DNA of 64,000 bases from Dehalococcoidia bacterium. Lineage in GTDB: Bacteria; Chloroflexota; Dehalococcoidia; Plut-88900. The translations under genes were made by a program, and so were the position numbers. This document shows positions 36,826 through 46,329 of the stretch, piece by piece. The DNA lies in the NCBI GenBank assembly GCA_965197585.1, contig OZ240215.1:1216001-1280000 (forward strand). The letters are read 5' to 3'. The notes under the pieces are model-generated. The model was not told the origin of the DNA. It worked only from the letters and a program-made list of their open reading frames with translations, and ran no database searches. How positions within the stretch are numbered: the first letter of the stretch is position 1; the number at the start of each line of letters is the position of its first letter.

Positions 36826-38301
36826 ATGGACTGGCGACAACACTACCGAGAAAACCTGGTCACCTCTGACGAAGCTGTCTCTACCATCGCCTCCGGCGAC
36901 GGAGTGACGGTTTCCGTCAACCCCCATCCTAACCTTCTCTTGGACGCCCTCGCCGCCCGTCGAGATGAGTTGCGAGGCGTGAAGCTCCACCTTCTGGGGC
37001 CTCACTACGACCCTGGCTGGCTCCAACCCGGCTGGGAGGACTCCTTCCCAATCACCATCATGTTCTATCTCGGTGACGTCGCCCGACCCGCCCACGACCA
37101 GCGTTACGTCGACTTCCAGCCCATGCTCCTCTCCACCGCCATGAAACCCTTCGACGAGGATGCCCGCCAGCCCCATGCCGTCGACTACCTGCTCATCGTC
37201 GTCTCCCCACCCGACGATAACGGCTTCTGCAGCTTCGGCGCCGAGCTTTGGGACAAACGCAGCGTCGCCAAGTACGCAACCCACGTCTTCGCCGAGGTCG
37301 ACGAAAACCAGGTCAGGACCTACGGCTCCAACTACATCCACGTTTCGGAAATCGACCGATTCGTTGAGCATACGCCTCCTGCCCTATCCATCGAAGCAGG
37401 ACAGAAGCTCCTGGATATCCTCCCCGAGGGCGAGCTCAGATCAGAGCTCGAGAGAATCTCACCGCTTATGTCTGAAGTACAGAGACAGGAGGCCATCCCC
37501 ACTCTGATGCGCGCCAACATCTCCCAGGTTCGCGGCTGGGCCCGCTGGGCAGGTTGGGTCCCTCCTCCTGAGCCAATACTCAAGATTGCCGAATACGTCC
37601 ACGGCCTCGTCCACGACGGAGATTCCGTTCAGATCGGCGTCGGCACTCCAGGCGTCTACCTTCCGGGCCTGGGCGTATTCGACGACAAGAAAGACCTCGG
37701 CTGGCACGCCGAGATGTCGGCGCCCGGCATCCTCTCTCTCGTCGAAAGGGGCATCGTCAACGGCAGCCGAAAGACCATTCACCAGGGCAAAACCGTCTTT
37801 TCCGGCCTGATGGGCAGCACCCCCGCCGAGGTAGAGTTCGCCAACCAGAACCCCCTCGTGGAGCTCTGGGACGCCGACCACATCCTCGACATGCGAAACA
37901 TCGCTTCCAACCCCAACCACGTCGCCATCAACAACGCCATTTCCATTGACCTGACCGGCCAGATCAACTCCGAGACCCTGTTCGGTGGCAGGCTCTACAA
38001 CGGCACCGGCGGCCAGCCCGAGCTCCACATCGGGGCTGTCCTTTCCGAAGGGGGCCGAGCCATCACCCTCCTAACCTCCACGGCTCTAGGAGGCGCAGTG
38101 TCCAAGATCGTCGCCCAGCACGAAGAAGGCGCCGCTATTACCATTCCTCGCACCTTTGCCGACTACGTGGTCACCGAGTACGGGGTCGCCCGGCTCCTCG
38201 GCAAGTCGCAACGAGAGCGTGCCCGGGAACTCATCAGCATAGCCCACCCCGACTTTCGCCCCGAGTTGGAGAGGGCCGCCCATCAGTTGTATTATCCCTA
38301 A
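36826..38301 (+). CDS. Acetyl-CoA hydrolase/4-hydroxybutyrate CoA-transferase family protein
   Basis: VSPPDDNGFCSFG, QIGVG, HAEM, IDLTGQIN, GTGGQ, DYVVTEYG and IAHPDFR motifs. Confidence 0.9.
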   Translation: MDWRQHYRENLVTSDEAVSTIASGDGVTVSVNPHPNLLLDALAARRDELRGVKLHLLGPHYDPGWLQPGWEDSFPITIMFYLGDVARPAHDQRYVDFQPMLLSTAMKPFDEDARQPHAVDYLLIVVSPPDDNGFCSFGAELWDKRSVAKYATHVFAEVDENQVRTYGSNYIHVSEIDRFVEHTPPALSIEAGQKLLDILPEGELRSELERISPLMSEVQRQEAIPTLMRANISQVRGWARWAGWVPPPEPILKIAEYVHGLVHDGDSVQIGVGTPGVYLPGLGVFDDKKDLGWHAEMSAPGILSLVERGIVNGSRKTIHQGKTVFSGLMGSTPAEVEFANQNPLVELWDADHILDMRNIASNPNHVAINNAISIDLTGQINSETLFGGRLYNGTGGQPELHIGAVLSEGGRAITLLTSTALGGAVSKIVAQHEEGAAITIPRTFADYVVTEYGVARLLGKSQRERARELISIAHPDFRPELERAAHQLYYP

Positions 38302-38316
38302 CGAGGTGAACCATCC

Positions 38317-39372
38317 ATGAAATTCGGCATCTTCTACCAGATCCCCTGTCTAGCCGGCCAGAACGCTCCCGACAGATACCGCGAAGTCCTCTATCAGATC
38401 GAACTCGCCGAAGACCTCGGCTTCGACTCCGTCTGGCTGGGAGAACTCCACTTCGATGCCGCCCTCGGCATCATGCCCAACATTAACATCATGGCCGCCT
38501 CAATAGCCCAGCGTACATCCCGGATGCGCATCGGCCTCGGCGTCAGCATCATCCCCATGCACGACCCCCTTCTCAACGCCGAGGAAGCGGCTATGGTCGA
38601 TAACCTGAGCGATGGCCGGCTGGAATTCGGCGTGGGCCGCGGCGTTCTCACCTTCTACGACCCATTCCACATCAACCCCCAGGCAAGCCGCGAGCGTTAC
38701 GCCGAGGCCCTGGACATCATCGTCGGGGCCTGGACACAGGACGGGTTCTCCTACGAAGGTAAGCATTTCCAGGTGCGCGAAGCTTCCCTGGTCCCCAAGC
38801 CCGTACAGCAGCCCCACCCACCCCTCACCGTCGCCGCCAGCGGCAGCCAGGGCGTTTTCGATATCGCGGCCAAGCGAGGCATGGGTGTGATGGCTGGACT
38901 CTTTCTCACTCCCATGGAAACCCTCAAGGATCGTGCCGCAACCTATCGCCAGGTCGAGTCCGACGCCGGCCTCCCTCCCAAGCCCGATTTCATGAAAATC
39001 CTTCAACCCACCTTCGTCTCGGAGACGACCGCAGACGCTCAGGAAGCCACCAGGGCCAGTGTCGACCAATACTTCGACGCCTTGAAAATCAACCTGGACT
39101 CCCCTGCAGGTGACAGGATCATAGAAGCCGTCCCCGAGTACAGCCACTTCAAAGAGGCCCGTGACGAGCATTCTCATGAGCAAATCGTCAAAAAGGGCAC
39201 GGACCTCTACCTCACCCCCGACAAGACCACCGAAAGGCTCAACTGGTTCAAGTCCGAGCTACCCGTCGGCGAGATGCTTCACTGGTTCGAAATGGGCGGC
39301 CTCGTCCCCCACGAAAAGATCGTCGACTCCATGAAGCTATTCGCCAAGGAAGTCATCCCCAACTTCCGTTAA
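38317..39372 (+). CDS. LLM-class flavin-dependent oxidoreductase
   Basis: MKFGIF, WLGELHF, DNLSDGRLEFGVGRG and PKPVQQPHPP motifs. Confidence 0.9.
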   Translation: MKFGIFYQIPCLAGQNAPDRYREVLYQIELAEDLGFDSVWLGELHFDAALGIMPNINIMAASIAQRTSRMRIGLGVSIIPMHDPLLNAEEAAMVDNLSDGRLEFGVGRGVLTFYDPFHINPQASRERYAEALDIIVGAWTQDGFSYEGKHFQVREASLVPKPVQQPHPPLTVAASGSQGVFDIAAKRGMGVMAGLFLTPMETLKDRAATYRQVESDAGLPPKPDFMKILQPTFVSETTADAQEATRASVDQYFDALKINLDSPAGDRIIEAVPEYSHFKEARDEHSHEQIVKKGTDLYLTPDKTTERLNWFKSELPVGEMLHWFEMGGLVPHEKIVDSMKLFAKEVIPNFR

Positions 39373-39497
39373 ATGGAAAGCACCTACCCGCTCGCCTTGT
39401 CGCAGATCCGCCGAGCGGAAGCCTGCTGAAAGTGCGCCTCTGGGGAATCGAAGGGTTTATCGAACGAGTGTCAGCACCTAACGTCCAAAGGCGGTGA

Positions 39498-40724
39498 TTG
39501 ACCATCCTTCAAGACGCCGATAACTTCAAGGGCCGGTGGATCGTAGTCGGCACCCTCACCTCGGGTGTGGCTATGGCCCTGACCTCCATATTCGTCATCG
39601 GCCTGCTCCTCCCGGACATGAGCGAGGACCTGGGCCTTTCACCAATCCAGAAGGGTTGGCTTGGCGCCTCCGTGGTCTTCGGCAACCTCTTCCTCGCCAT
39701 TCCCCTAAACCTCTGGCTCTCCCGTTACAGGCCCTGGCGCGTAGCGTTCATAACATTCCTGGGAATCGGCGGCTTCACACTCCTCCAGGCCTTCTCCCCG
39801 AATTTCGGCATACTGATTATTGGGCGCGTTGGGCTGGGGCTCAGCTTCATCGCCAATCAGTCCCCAAGGGCGCTGATAATCCAGCAGTGGTCCCCTCCCG
39901 GCAAAGTGCACGTCACCACGGGCGTCGTCTTCGCCGCCATCGACATCATCATGGGCGTCATTTTCTTCCTGACTCCCGTGCTCAACAGCGCCCTCGGCGG
40001 CTGGCGACCGGTTCTCATGGTCATGGGTGGGATAGGGTTAACGACCGCCGTGGCCTGGACCATGCTCGGAAGAGAAAGAGAGATTGGCGAATACCGAACG
40101 CGGCTGGAGTCTCAGCAGGAAAACCCCTTGCTCTCGGTCCTTAGATACAAGCAATTGTGGTTGATGGGTTTGGGCATGTGCGCTGTCTCCGTCGGCGGCT
40201 CCGCTTTCGAACACTTCTGGCCCACCCATGCAGAGGAAGGCCTGTTGGTCTCCAATAATGTCCCCGGAGCGGTTTTTGGCCTCAGCCTGTTCGGCGCTGG
40301 CGCCGCGGTCTACCTCTTCATCGTCATACCCTTCTTCTCCAGGTTCCGCACCACTGCCCTTGCCCTCTCCGGGTTCTCCACCGCCGCCGTCAACGCCGGA
40401 CTCCTGTTCTTCACCTCTCCAATCTTCCTCATCCTCCTATCCATCCCCAGGGGCGTGGCCAACCTCTACTTCCCTCTGCTGATGATCATGGTCTACCAGC
40501 TTCCCGGCATCCGCCCGCGAGAAGTCGCCGTGGGCATCGCGTTCATGCAGACCTCAATCTGGTTGGGTAATGCAATTGGGCCGCTTATCGTGGGTTACGT
40601 ACAGGACGCCACAGACGACCTCCGCCTCGCCCTCCTCTGCATCGCCTTTACGGGCACCCTTCTAATGCCCGTCGCGCTCGCCCTACACGGCCTCCGAAAC
40701 CCCACTCAAGAAGCTACGGCCTGA
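39498..40724 (+). CDS. MFS transporter, paralog of 5585-6841
   Basis: About 12 TM segments; shared LGLSP..G.LG.S..FGNL and PY/VY.LPG...R..AVG segments. Confidence 0.85.
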   Translation: MTILQDADNFKGRWIVVGTLTSGVAMALTSIFVIGLLLPDMSEDLGLSPIQKGWLGASVVFGNLFLAIPLNLWLSRYRPWRVAFITFLGIGGFTLLQAFSPNFGILIIGRVGLGLSFIANQSPRALIIQQWSPPGKVHVTTGVVFAAIDIIMGVIFFLTPVLNSALGGWRPVLMVMGGIGLTTAVAWTMLGREREIGEYRTRLESQQENPLLSVLRYKQLWLMGLGMCAVSVGGSAFEHFWPTHAEEGLLVSNNVPGAVFGLSLFGAGAAVYLFIVIPFFSRFRTTALALSGFSTAAVNAGLLFFTSPIFLILLSIPRGVANLYFPLLMIMVYQLPGIRPREVAVGIAFMQTSIWLGNAIGPLIVGYVQDATDDLRLALLCIAFTGTLLMPVALALHGLRNPTQEATA

Positions 40725-40742
40725 CTAGTTCGAGCCTTTATG

Positions 40743-42350
40743 TCAAACCGCCAAGGCCATTCCATCGGAGCCCGGGTCCGCCCCACCCGTCCACACTCCA
40801 TCGTCTATACGAATCCCGTGCACCCACGCAAAGGCGTAAGACACAGGCCAACGCACCACTTCGTACCCCTGCGCCTCCAGCTCGTTGGTAACGAACCTCG
40901 GTATCCGATTGCTCACGTCAATGGGATTGCTCGTCGCAGAGAACCGTGCCGCCGACACCGCGTCCGACATCGACATCTCGAAGTCCAGCACGTTCATCAA
41001 GACCTGCAATACCCCCATCGTGATCTGCGTGCCGCCCGGCGCTCCTATCACCACGTATGGCTCGCCGCCGCGGAAGACTATTGACGGGCACATCGACGAA
41101 AAGCGGCTCTTGCCCGGCGCTAGACTCCCCGCCCGACCGGGCCGAGGGTCGAACACCGCCATGCACCCGTTGTACATGAACCCCAACCCCTCCGTAATCG
41201 CCCCTGACGGCATCCCCAGTGAGTGCGTCATGGTGAACAGGTTCCCTTCCTCGTCGGCCACGCACACCTGGGTCGTACTCTTGGATTCCACCGCCTCTTT
41301 CATCCTCTCCACCACCCCCCTCTCGCCCCTCTCTATCGCCGCCGCCAATTCCCGAGCATAGTCCTTGGACGTGAGCCGGGACACGGGAACTTCTACAAAG
41401 GCAGGGTCCCCGACATGGGCGTCCTTGTCCGCCGTGGCCCGTTTCATTGCCTCGGTTACCACCCTAACGTACTCCGCCGAGTTGTGCCCCATTCCCATAA
41501 CGTCGAAGTTCTCCAGGATGTTCAGCATCTCCAGCAGCACGACGCCCCCGCCCGGCGGCTGGTTTGTCACCACGTCAAATCCCCGATACGTCCCTCGAAG
41601 AGGCTCGCAATACGTGGTCCGGTATTCGGCCAGGTCCTGCGCCGAAATCAGCCCACCATTAGCATCCATGTCCTCGACTATCCGAGAAGCGATGTCCCCC
41701 AAGTAGAAGTCGTCAGGCCCTACCTTGGCCAACTGCTCCAACGTTGCCGTCATGTCCGGGTTGTCCAGCCGCTCCCCGACCTTTTTCAAAGACCCATCGC
41801 CATTAAAGTAAACCCGCCTCCCAGTCTCCGTGAGCTTCAGCCGCTCCACGGGGCTAGTCCTGCCAAACCGCTCGTCATTGGTCCACCAGTTGTACATGTG
41901 AGGCCGGACCACAACCCCTTCCCTGGCGTGGGCGATGGCTGGAGCCAGAATCTCCGCCCACGGCATGCGCCCCCAGGCTTCATGTGCCTCAGCATATGCC
42001 TTAAGGCTTCCCGGCACTGTGACCGACTGGTATCCGAGGTCATTCACATTACCTTTAAGGATGAACCCAAAACCGTCCCGCGCCTCACCCTCGATCAGGT
42101 CCTCCCACATGTCGGGCCTCGTGGCCCGTGGCGACTTGCCGTGAAAGTCGATGCACTTGTGCACCCCCAGGCCCGGCAGATACGCCTGTAGACTCCCGAA
42201 CCCGGCGATCCCCGTCATCTGAGGATCGACCACCCCCTGCACGAATGCACACGCTATTCCGGCGTCAATGGCGTTGCCGCCCTCTTTCAATACCATGGCC
42301 CCGGCCTCCACGGCCTCGGGCTGGGGAGCTACTATCATCCCTCGGGTCAT
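40743..42350 (-). CDS. ggt: Gamma-glutamyltransferase
   Basis: GGNAIDA, VTVPG, STTQVCVAD (nucleophile Thr), SSMCP, GAPGG and GGADP motifs. Confidence 0.9.
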   Translation of the reverse strand: MTRGMIVAPQPEAVEAGAMVLKEGGNAIDAGIACAFVQGVVDPQMTGIAGFGSLQAYLPGLGVHKCIDFHGKSPRATRPDMWEDLIEGEARDGFGFILKGNVNDLGYQSVTVPGSLKAYAEAHEAWGRMPWAEILAPAIAHAREGVVVRPHMYNWWTNDERFGRTSPVERLKLTETGRRVYFNGDGSLKKVGERLDNPDMTATLEQLAKVGPDDFYLGDIASRIVEDMDANGGLISAQDLAEYRTTYCEPLRGTYRGFDVVTNQPPGGGVVLLEMLNILENFDVMGMGHNSAEYVRVVTEAMKRATADKDAHVGDPAFVEVPVSRLTSKDYARELAAAIERGERGVVERMKEAVESKSTTQVCVADEEGNLFTMTHSLGMPSGAITEGLGFMYNGCMAVFDPRPGRAGSLAPGKSRFSSMCPSIVFRGGEPYVVIGAPGGTQITMGVLQVLMNVLDFEMSMSDAVSAARFSATSNPIDVSNRIPRFVTNELEAQGYEVVRWPVSYAFAWVHGIRIDDGVWTGGADPGSDGMALAV

Positions 42351-42366
42351 TCGAATGCCTCCATTT

Positions 42367-42825
42367 TCAACTTCGCGCCCACCGAGCAAGGGCCTTCCCC
42401 GGCGACGCGACCTCTTCTATCGACGTGTAGTAGTAGTCCTGCCACTCCTCCTGCGGCATCCCGGTGAACAACATCAAATTTAGGGGATATTCGCCACTGT
42501 CGCTCGCGCTCCGGAAGTCGTCCCGGAACAGAAATGTAGGCTTCTTCAAAGCAATCGCCATGCCCAGTTCTACCATGACTCCCTCGTCCGGTGGAACTCC
42601 GTTGACCACCGCAAATATCCCATCCGACTCCACAACGTCCCGATAGTCCGCCTGCCCTATCTTGTACGCCCATCCCGCCACCGCAAAGTCCACCTGGTTG
42701 TTCCGGGCGAAAGGCTCCCAGACTTCCAGTCCCAAGTCCTCCAGCGCAGCCACCAGCTCAGGCAATAGCAGCGTCTTCTGCTGTGCTGAAAACCCGTAAG
42801 GGTTGGCTAGGTATATCTTCTTCAT
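42367..42825 (-). CDS. Nucleoside 2-deoxyribosyltransferase-like protein
   Basis: IYLANP, DEGVMVELGMA..LKKP and NLML motifs. Confidence 0.85.
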   Translation of the reverse strand: MKKIYLANPYGFSAQQKTLLLPELVAALEDLGLEVWEPFARNNQVDFAVAGWAYKIGQADYRDVVESDGIFAVVNGVPPDEGVMVELGMAIALKKPTFLFRDDFRSASDSGEYPLNLMLFTGMPQEEWQDYYYTSIEEVASPGKALARWARS

Positions 42826-43235
42826 CTCCGCGCTTCCCGGTCGGCGGCCCTCCACAACGAAATCGCCTCAAATATCAGCACTACCAGGGCAATGGATATC
42901 AGGTAGTCCCACAATGCGAAGACAGGGTCCCTGTCTGGGTCCATCTTGACCATGTACTGCAGCAGATATCGGATATTCACCATCGCCACCAGGGCAGTGA
43001 TTACGTCCCTCGGCAATTTTGCCAGATTAGATCCACCATTTCTGTGAATCCGCAGAGAATCGAGCACGTTGGCCAAGACAACCAGCCCGAGCACCACCAT
43101 CACCCCCGGGTCGGCGGCATAGTCGAAGATAACGTGCGCCGCATCCTCATCGAAGACGAACACAATCGTGGCTGCCAAAAGCAACGCCGCCGCGATAACG
43201 CACAGGATCGCCAGTCCCTTACGCCAATAGGTCAT
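42822..43235 (-). CDS. Hypothetical 4-TM membrane protein
   Basis: Hydrophobic helices; ATGA overlap with the downstream gene. Confidence 0.6.
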   Translation of the reverse strand: MTYWRKGLAILCVIAAALLLAATIVFVFDEDAAHVIFDYAADPGVMVVLGLVVLANVLDSLRIHRNGGSNLAKLPRDVITALVAMVNIRYLLQYMVKMDPDRDPVFALWDYLISIALVVLIFEAISLWRAADREARR

Positions 43236-43359
43236 TTCAACGCCTCCTCCAGGGCCCCCGACACGGAGCCCGTTCTTGAGAATTGAGGCCAGTATAGGGT
43301 CTTTACCTACTCGGCGAAAGTGGAATACCCTTCCCCCGAACTAACCGCTAGGAGGCCCG

Positions 43360-46329
43360 ATGCAAGGCCGTATCGAATTACCCCGATCTACAAACCACCC
43401 CTTCGACTTGGCCAGGACCCTAGACGGGTCGCAGGACTTTCGCTGGCAATCCCTTGGCGGCGGCTGGTATTCCGGGGTGCTCAGCGGCAACCTCGTACAC
43501 CTCCGTCAGAACGGCGACACCCTCGAATACCGTGCCCATACCAACCTCGACACCCTCCTCACCTCCTACTTTCGCCTCGACGAGGACATGGACACCGTCT
43601 ACTCCACCCTCTCTTCCCTCGACCCATATATCGCCACCCTCGCCAACGCATACCCTCACCTCCGCCTCCTCCGCCAACCCGACCCCTGGGAATGCACCGT
43701 CTCCTACATCTGCTCCGCCAACAATAACGTGCCGCGTATTAAGCATATGGTGGAAGGCATTGCACAGAAGCTCGGGAGACGTTTGGACCTGCATGGCGAC
43801 ATTCGCTACACCTTCCCCACCCCCGAGGCAGTGCTCGAAGCCGGCCCCGACCCCCTGCGAGAAATGCGCCTGGGCCTCGACCGACACAACAAGATATTCG
43901 AGGCCGCTCAGCGTGTCTGCATGGGCGAGCTTGACCTTCAGCGACTCGCACAACTCGACACGTCCTACATTGCAGCGAAACGCCAGCTTATGCAGTGCCG
44001 AGGCATAGGCCCCAAAATCGCCGACTGCATAGCTCTTTTCTACCTCAACAAGCTCGAAGCTTTTCCTGTCGACACGCACGTTAAAAAGGCCGCTGCTCGG
44101 CACTTCTTCGCATCCCGAGCTCCTCCCACTGACCGACACTTGGTCACGTGGGCCCAGGACTACTTCGGCGTTAACGCTGGTTACGCTAATCAGCTCCTGT
44201 TCCAGTCCCAGTGGGGAGCAGTGGCCCCTATCAACAGTGGACAGCAAATATCAGGTGCTAAACTGTCCCCTGTATCCCCCCGCCCCACTCCCCAGGAGGT
44301 CAAAACTTTGCCTGCCCAAGATTCTCTTCAACTCCGCCTTCAGATAAAAACCCGAGAGCCCTTCGCCGAAGGTCTCGCGTTCGGAGATACCGGCGCCTAT
44401 GAAAAGATTGTCGGCCGAGCCTCCTTCGCCGTAGACCCCGACTCCCCCGCCTACTCCCCCGTTGTCGATATCCAGTACACACCCCGCAACCCCGAGGGCC
44501 TCGTCGAGTTCTCCACCGACTTCTTCATCCTCAAACCTGCAGACATGTCCCGTGGTAACCGCCGCCTCGTCTACGATGTCAACAACCGCGGCACCAAGCT
44601 CCTCGTCCATTTCCTGAATGATGCTCCGCTTACTGACAACCCGTCCACGCCGGAGCACGCGGGAAACGGCTTTCTAATGAGGCGCGGCTATACAGTCCTC
44701 TGGTCGGGCTGGCAGGGAGACATCCTCCCTCGCGATGACCTCATGTCTATGGATCTGCCGGTCGCATCCATGAACGGGGCTCCAATCACTGGTCCAGTCC
44801 GTGTCGAGCTCTCACCCGGCGACGAAATCACCAAGCTGGGCCCCGAGGCAGCCCGCTGTATGCCCCTCAGTGGAAACGCTTATACGAATAGCTACCCCCC
44901 TGCCTCCCTGGACACCTCCAATGCCGTCTTCACTTTTCGAGAGTACGAGACCGACCCCCGAATCCCCTTCCACCCCGACGCCTGGCAATTCGCCAAACTC
45001 GACTCCTCCGGCAAAGTCGTACCATCCCCTACTGACGTCTATCTCCCACAAGGTTTCAAGCCAGGCTGGATATATGAGATTGTCTACACAGCCAAAGACC
45101 CACGAGTCATGGGCCTGGGCTTCACCGGCGTCCGAGACCTGATCTCCTTCTTGACAAACGCCGACACCGATTCGGAAGGCGCTCCGAACCCTGTCCGGGA
45201 TAACGACGCCGGTATCGAGAAGGCCTACGGCTGGGGCTGCTCGCAGAGTGCGCGCTTTCTGCGGGAGTTCGTATACCGGGGCTTCAATGAAGACACTCAG
45301 GGCAGGCAGGTCTTCGCCGGTATTTCTCCCTTCGTATCGGGCGGAGGGCGGGTATTTGTTAACTATCGATTCTCGCAGCCGGGCCGGTACCCGAGACAGC
45401 ACTACGACCACCTTTACCCCTCCGACCAGTTCCCCCACGCCTATCCCACCACCACCGACTCCCTGACAGGCAGAACGGATGGCATCCTCAAACGCCCGGA
45501 GACCGACCCCCTGGTCATCCACACCCAGTCCGCCTCCGAGTATTGGCAGCGTCGCGGCTCCCTCGTCCACACCGACTCCCTCGGCAACGACTTACCCGAC
45601 CACCAACACTCCCGCGTCTACCTCTTCGCCTCCGCAGAACACAGCCCCGACCATATCAACGGCCCCATCTACGACCAGTTCAAGCACCCGTCTAACCCTC
45701 TCAACGTCACGGCTCTCCTCCGAGCCATGATAGACAACCTTGATAACTGGGCTACGGCTGGCACTCCCCCACCCGACAGCCGTGTCCCAACCCGCGAAGC
45801 TGAGACCGGCGTTCCCGCAGAAGTCTCCAATGCTCGATTCCCCGCCATCCCCAACGTCCAGGCGCCGTCCAACCCAAACCGGCTCTTCGTCCAGGACCAC
45901 GGCCCCGATTTCGATCAGGGAGTGCTGTCTGTGGAACCCCCAGTCGAAGACAAGGGCAAGGAATATACGGTGTTGGTACCACATGTGGATGCCGACGGAA
46001 ACGACGTTCCCGGTATCAGAGGCCCGGAGCTCGAGGTCCCGCTTGCAACTTATACCGGCTGGAACTTCAGACCGGCGGGCGCTGCTGAGAAGGCGATGGC
46101 CGCAGTAAACGGCAGCTATCTGCCCTTCACCAAGACCCGTACGGAGCGACTGGAAAAAGGTGACCCACGTCCATCCATCGAAGAGCGCTACGGCTCCCGA
46201 GCCCGCTACGTAAAGTTGGTTGCCCTGGCCTCACAGAGGCTGGTGGAGCAGCGGCTTATCCTCGAGGAGGACGCCGACCGGTTCGTTGAACAGGCGATGG
46301 TGGAGCCCGCCTTCGACGAAATAGGCTAG
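43360..46329 (+). CDS. 8-oxoguanine DNA glycosylase (OGG1-like, ~aa 1-290) in frame with an alpha/beta-hydrolase-domain protein (probable internal TTG start at 44308)
   Basis: GSQDFRW, QPDPWEC..YICSANNN, HhH GIGPKIADC and PVDTH motifs; then YDVNNRG, SGWQGD, WGCSQSARFLR, EYWQR and LATYTGWN motifs. Confidence 0.8.
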   Translation: MQGRIELPRSTNHPFDLARTLDGSQDFRWQSLGGGWYSGVLSGNLVHLRQNGDTLEYRAHTNLDTLLTSYFRLDEDMDTVYSTLSSLDPYIATLANAYPHLRLLRQPDPWECTVSYICSANNNVPRIKHMVEGIAQKLGRRLDLHGDIRYTFPTPEAVLEAGPDPLREMRLGLDRHNKIFEAAQRVCMGELDLQRLAQLDTSYIAAKRQLMQCRGIGPKIADCIALFYLNKLEAFPVDTHVKKAAARHFFASRAPPTDRHLVTWAQDYFGVNAGYANQLLFQSQWGAVAPINSGQQISGAKLSPVSPRPTPQEVKTLPAQDSLQLRLQIKTREPFAEGLAFGDTGAYEKIVGRASFAVDPDSPAYSPVVDIQYTPRNPEGLVEFSTDFFILKPADMSRGNRRLVYDVNNRGTKLLVHFLNDAPLTDNPSTPEHAGNGFLMRRGYTVLWSGWQGDILPRDDLMSMDLPVASMNGAPITGPVRVELSPGDEITKLGPEAARCMPLSGNAYTNSYPPASLDTSNAVFTFREYETDPRIPFHPDAWQFAKLDSSGKVVPSPTDVYLPQGFKPGWIYEIVYTAKDPRVMGLGFTGVRDLISFLTNADTDSEGAPNPVRDNDAGIEKAYGWGCSQSARFLREFVYRGFNEDTQGRQVFAGISPFVSGGGRVFVNYRFSQPGRYPRQHYDHLYPSDQFPHAYPTTTDSLTGRTDGILKRPETDPLVIHTQSASEYWQRRGSLVHTDSLGNDLPDHQHSRVYLFASAEHSPDHINGPIYDQFKHPSNPLNVTALLRAMIDNLDNWATAGTPPPDSRVPTREAETGVPAEVSNARFPAIPNVQAPSNPNRLFVQDHGPDFDQGVLSVEPPVEDKGKEYTVLVPHVDADGNDVPGIRGPELEVPLATYTGWNFRPAGAAEKAMAAVNGSYLPFTKTRTERLEKGDPRPSIEERYGSRARYVKLVALASQRLVEQRLILEEDADRFVEQAMVEPAFDEIG

